DNA from: Longimicrobiales bacterium
Lineage (GTDB): Bacteria > Gemmatimonadota > Gemmatimonadetes > Longimicrobiales > Gaopeijiaceae
DNA length: 64,000 bases
Direction: 5' to 3'
Assembly: GCA_965238005.1 (NCBI GenBank)
Contig: OZ250165.1
Coordinates: 928,001 to 992,000 of the forward strand
The notes under the pieces are model-generated. The model did not search any database. It saw only the letters and a list, made by a program, of their open reading frames with translations, and had not been told where the DNA came from. The position numbers and the translations under genes are program-made. This document shows positions 61,160 through 64,000 of this stretch, in pieces (the first letter of the stretch is position 1; each line of letters opens with the position of its first letter).

Positions 61160-62007
61160 AGACGAATCAGGCCGACTTCCCTGTGCGGGCGATGTGCCGT
61201 GTGCTGGATCTCTCCCCCAGCGGCTACTACGCCTGGTTGGATCGCGAGCCTTCGGCTCGGGCGAAGCGAGATGAGGAGCTCACAGAGCGGATCGAGACGG
61301 TCTGGCGCGAGAACCGAAGGGTCTATGGCCGGCCCCGCATCTACGCGGACCTCAAGGAAGCTGGCGAGCGGGTCGGTGAGAAGCGGGTGGGCCGGCTCAT
61401 GAAGCAGGCCGAGATTGTGGGAGCTAGCCGGAGGCGGCGCGGCCCGAAGACGACCAGGCGCAACGAGGACGCCCGTCCCGCGCCGGATCTCATCGAGCGG
61501 GACTTCAGCGCAGACGGGCCAGACCAGTTGTGGGTGGCCGACATCACCTACATCCCGACCTGGGCGGGGTTCTTGTACCTCGCGGTTGTGCTCGACGTCT
61601 GGAGCAGGCGGGTGGTCGGGTGGTCGATGGCTACGCACCTGCGCACCGAGCTCGTCCTGGACGCGCTGAACATGGCGACCTGGCAGCGCCGGCCCGAATG
61701 CGTCATCCATCACAGTGGTCAGGGAACCCAGTACACCTCGATCGCCTTCGGCCTACGCTGCAACGATGTCGGTGTGCGGCCCTCGATGGGCTCCGTGGGC
61801 GACGCCTACGACAACGCGATGTGCGAGAGCTTCTTCGCGACGCTCGAGTGCGAGCTACTCGACCGGCAGCGCTTCCGGACCCAGGCCGAGGCGAAGATGG
61901 CCGTGTTCGACTTCATCGAGGGCTTCTACAACCCCCGGAGGCGACACTCGGCACTGGGTCAGCTGTCGCCCATCAACTTCGAGCGTCGCCACGGAGCGGC
62001 AGCATGA
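61156..62007 (+). CDS. IS3 transposase OrfB, second catalytic Asp substituted
   Basis: WVADITY, HHSGQGTQY (consensus HSDQG), DNAMCESFF. Confidence 0.9.
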   Translation: MKTNQADFPVRAMCRVLDLSPSGYYAWLDREPSARAKRDEELTERIETVWRENRRVYGRPRIYADLKEAGERVGEKRVGRLMKQAEIVGASRRRRGPKTTRRNEDARPAPDLIERDFSADGPDQLWVADITYIPTWAGFLYLAVVLDVWSRRVVGWSMATHLRTELVLDALNMATWQRRPECVIHHSGQGTQYTSIAFGLRCNDVGVRPSMGSVGDAYDNAMCESFFATLECELLDRQRFRTQAEAKMAVFDFIEGFYNPRRRHSALGQLSPINFERRHGAAA

Positions 62008-62224
62008 GAAACCTGCGTGGCCAAGTTGCCCTTTACTCCCCCGCTGCGCGGGGGAAGCTTTCCTCTCCCCAGCGAGGGGGACAGACTATAAACCTCAGTG
62101 TTCACCCGTCCACTGAAACGGGACAGCTCCACAAATATCAGGGATTTCCCCACTGGCGCGACTTGAGCGCAAAAGTGCATCTTAGGCGGATGCCAGCCCG
62201 TTGGCACGCTGGAGGAGAGTCGTC

Positions 62225-63958
62225 ATGCGCCTAGCTCAGTCCCGCTTCGTCCTCATCCTCATTTGCTCGGGGTGTGTCAAGGCGACAGTCGCGTCTCAGT
62301 TTAGCTCTCCTGAGCCGATTCCGATCTACTCCCGTGTGATGGTGTGGGCCTCCTCCGCCAATGATCTCGGATCACAGCGTTCGCTGGAGAGCCAGATAGC
62401 CGCCAGTCTCAGAGAGAGCCTTGCAGCTGATCGTGGCACGTTGGGGAAATGCGAGACCAGAGATCGGGGATCTCTCAACCCCTCAGTTCAGAGTCGAATT
62501 TGCCAGGAGGGAAATCGGGAGAACTATGACCTGCCCACGCTGGTTCAGGCCAACTCGGTTGTCTTCCGTGGAAAGCAGTATGAGCCGAAGGAGCTTGCTG
62601 CTTTACTGCAGAGCCGCCGCATCGAAGCCGTGCTCTACTTCTCGCTGGCCGGTCAGTTCTCGCTGGACGGTCAGCAGCGCAGCACTCGTCGCGCATATGT
62701 GGCACGATTGTTCGACGTGAGAACAGCAGAATTCAGATGGTATGCCGAGTTCGATCTTGAGGGGGGTTTTGGATCACCGACTACCCAGCAGAAGCAGTTT
62801 CTGAAGAAGTTCACAGACGAGTTGAGCAAGCGCGCCGTGGAAGATGGTGCGGTTCAGCTTGTGCCGAAGGATTACTCACCGAGTTACACAGCAGAGGAAG
62901 ATGTGCTCTTGCCGTCTGTCTCAGCCGCGACCTCCGCCTCTCTTGAGCCAATGCGCATCAACCGCACCGAACTCAACCCCAGTGCAGACGAGAATCCAAT
63001 CTCGAAGGCCAGAGCAGGAGTGATCGGTATACGTGGCAGATCGGGCTCAGGCTCCGGAATTGTAATCTCTTCGAGGGGATTGGCGCTCACCAACTTCCAT
63101 GTCATCGAGGGGGAGTTAGAGGGACAGGTTGAGGCTGTTCTGCCAGATGGTGGCTCGTTCCCGGTGACTGTCATGCGGTACGACGAAGCTGCAGATATCG
63201 CGTTAGTCCGCATCTCTTGCCCTTCAGATTGCACCACGGTTGATCTCAGCGCAGAAGATCCTGAGATCGGCTCCGAGGTCTATGTGATTGGCACTCCCGT
63301 TTCGGCTGCACTCAGTCAAAGTGTAACGCGAGGAATCGTGAGCGGCATAAGAGAGGCAGGAGAACTCACCTACCTCCAGACTGACGCCGCCGCAAACCCT
63401 GGCAACTCTGGTGGTCCGATTGTCGATGCTACCACGGGTATGGTCATCGGCGTCCTCACGCTGAAAATTGTCGCCGAAAACATCGAGGGGATTTCCTTTG
63501 GGCTGTCGATTCATGACGCCCTGGAGCGACTCAAGATCGAATATCCGAGTCTAACCAGTGAGCCTCCATCAGTCACAAGCGCACCAGTGGCCAACCTGGA
63601 CGGCGCTTGGCAGTTCAGTGAGATCCTGAAGAGCGACACTCATGAGATTGGATGCAATACCTCGGGCAGCGTGACACTCACTCAGGCGGGTGCGTCGTTC
63701 AGTGGAACGACCCAGGTCCAGAGTACATGCTTCGGTCCAGAAGGCTCCTTTGACAACTCAGGTGAGCGGGCTATCACTGGTGGCCAGATCAATGGCGACA
63801 CGGTGACTTTCCAGATTCCGTTTTGCTCTTATCGGGGGAGAATCATCGGTTCACCTGCTGTGCGGATCACCGGAACTGGAACCTGCACTGTTCAGATGGC
63901 TGGACAACCCGTGGAGTTCCAAGCTGAGTGGCAGGCGGGAAAGCAGATCGGCGGCTGA
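62225..63958 (+). CDS. Trypsin-like (S1C) serine protease, multidomain probable lipoprotein, no PDZ
   Basis: ICSGC lipobox-like; GSGSG, TNFHV, ADIAL, QTDAAANPGNSGGP; Cys-rich beta C-terminal domain. Confidence 0.85.
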   Translation: MRLAQSRFVLILICSGCVKATVASQFSSPEPIPIYSRVMVWASSANDLGSQRSLESQIAASLRESLAADRGTLGKCETRDRGSLNPSVQSRICQEGNRENYDLPTLVQANSVVFRGKQYEPKELAALLQSRRIEAVLYFSLAGQFSLDGQQRSTRRAYVARLFDVRTAEFRWYAEFDLEGGFGSPTTQQKQFLKKFTDELSKRAVEDGAVQLVPKDYSPSYTAEEDVLLPSVSAATSASLEPMRINRTELNPSADENPISKARAGVIGIRGRSGSGSGIVISSRGLALTNFHVIEGELEGQVEAVLPDGGSFPVTVMRYDEAADIALVRISCPSDCTTVDLSAEDPEIGSEVYVIGTPVSAALSQSVTRGIVSGIREAGELTYLQTDAAANPGNSGGPIVDATTGMVIGVLTLKIVAENIEGISFGLSIHDALERLKIEYPSLTSEPPSVTSAPVANLDGAWQFSEILKSDTHEIGCNTSGSVTLTQAGASFSGTTQVQSTCFGPEGSFDNSGERAITGGQINGDTVTFQIPFCSYRGRIIGSPAVRITGTGTCTVQMAGQPVEFQAEWQAGKQIGG

Positions 63959-64000
63959 TCCTCGGCATTCCTCTCGGACTCATTTCGCTTGATCAGCAAG

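Larger units (their letters stand above)
60787..62131 (+). mobile_element. IS3-family element
   Basis: IRL TGGAGTTGACCCGCTTTGGTGGAC, IRR GTCCACTGAAACGGGACAGCTCCA; AAAAAAAG slippery site 61093-61100; no TSD. Confidence 0.93.

Noticed and set aside
1..64000. tRNA, rRNA, CRISPR array or prophage
   Set aside because: None recognised by eye; tRNAscan-SE, Infernal and a CRISPR finder would be needed to exclude them formally.

Overview
High-GC bacterial DNA, probably Gemmatimonadota. This is an inference from the gene mix: an MSDPVxRLNAALEGRY-type Ser/Thr kinase, several VPS10/BNR proteins, CehA/McbA hydrolases, amidohydrolases and a PQQ dehydrogenase. Most of the window encodes exported hydrolases and peptidases, plus trkAH, an ABC-F ATPase, a YeeE/YedE pair and an FKBP. 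Three things stand out. (1) An intact six-gene respiratory module at 43.6-51.1 kb: two type-1 copper proteins, a divergent cytochrome bd subunit-I-like protein with no subunit II and no recognisable quinol-binding motif, and three c-type cytochromes carrying 5 CxxCH motifs, one fused to an ethylbenzene-dehydrogenase-gamma-like domain. (2) An IS3-like element with no right inverted repeat, bounded by a 15-bp direct repeat, inside an amidohydrolase gene. (3) Pervasive gene decay, with about 15 nonsense, frameshift, deletion or IS-disrupted remnants, including an IS256 with an internal deletion and an IS3 with a mutated catalytic Asp. No rRNA, tRNA or CRISPR array was recognised. All family calls are motif-based; no database search was run.
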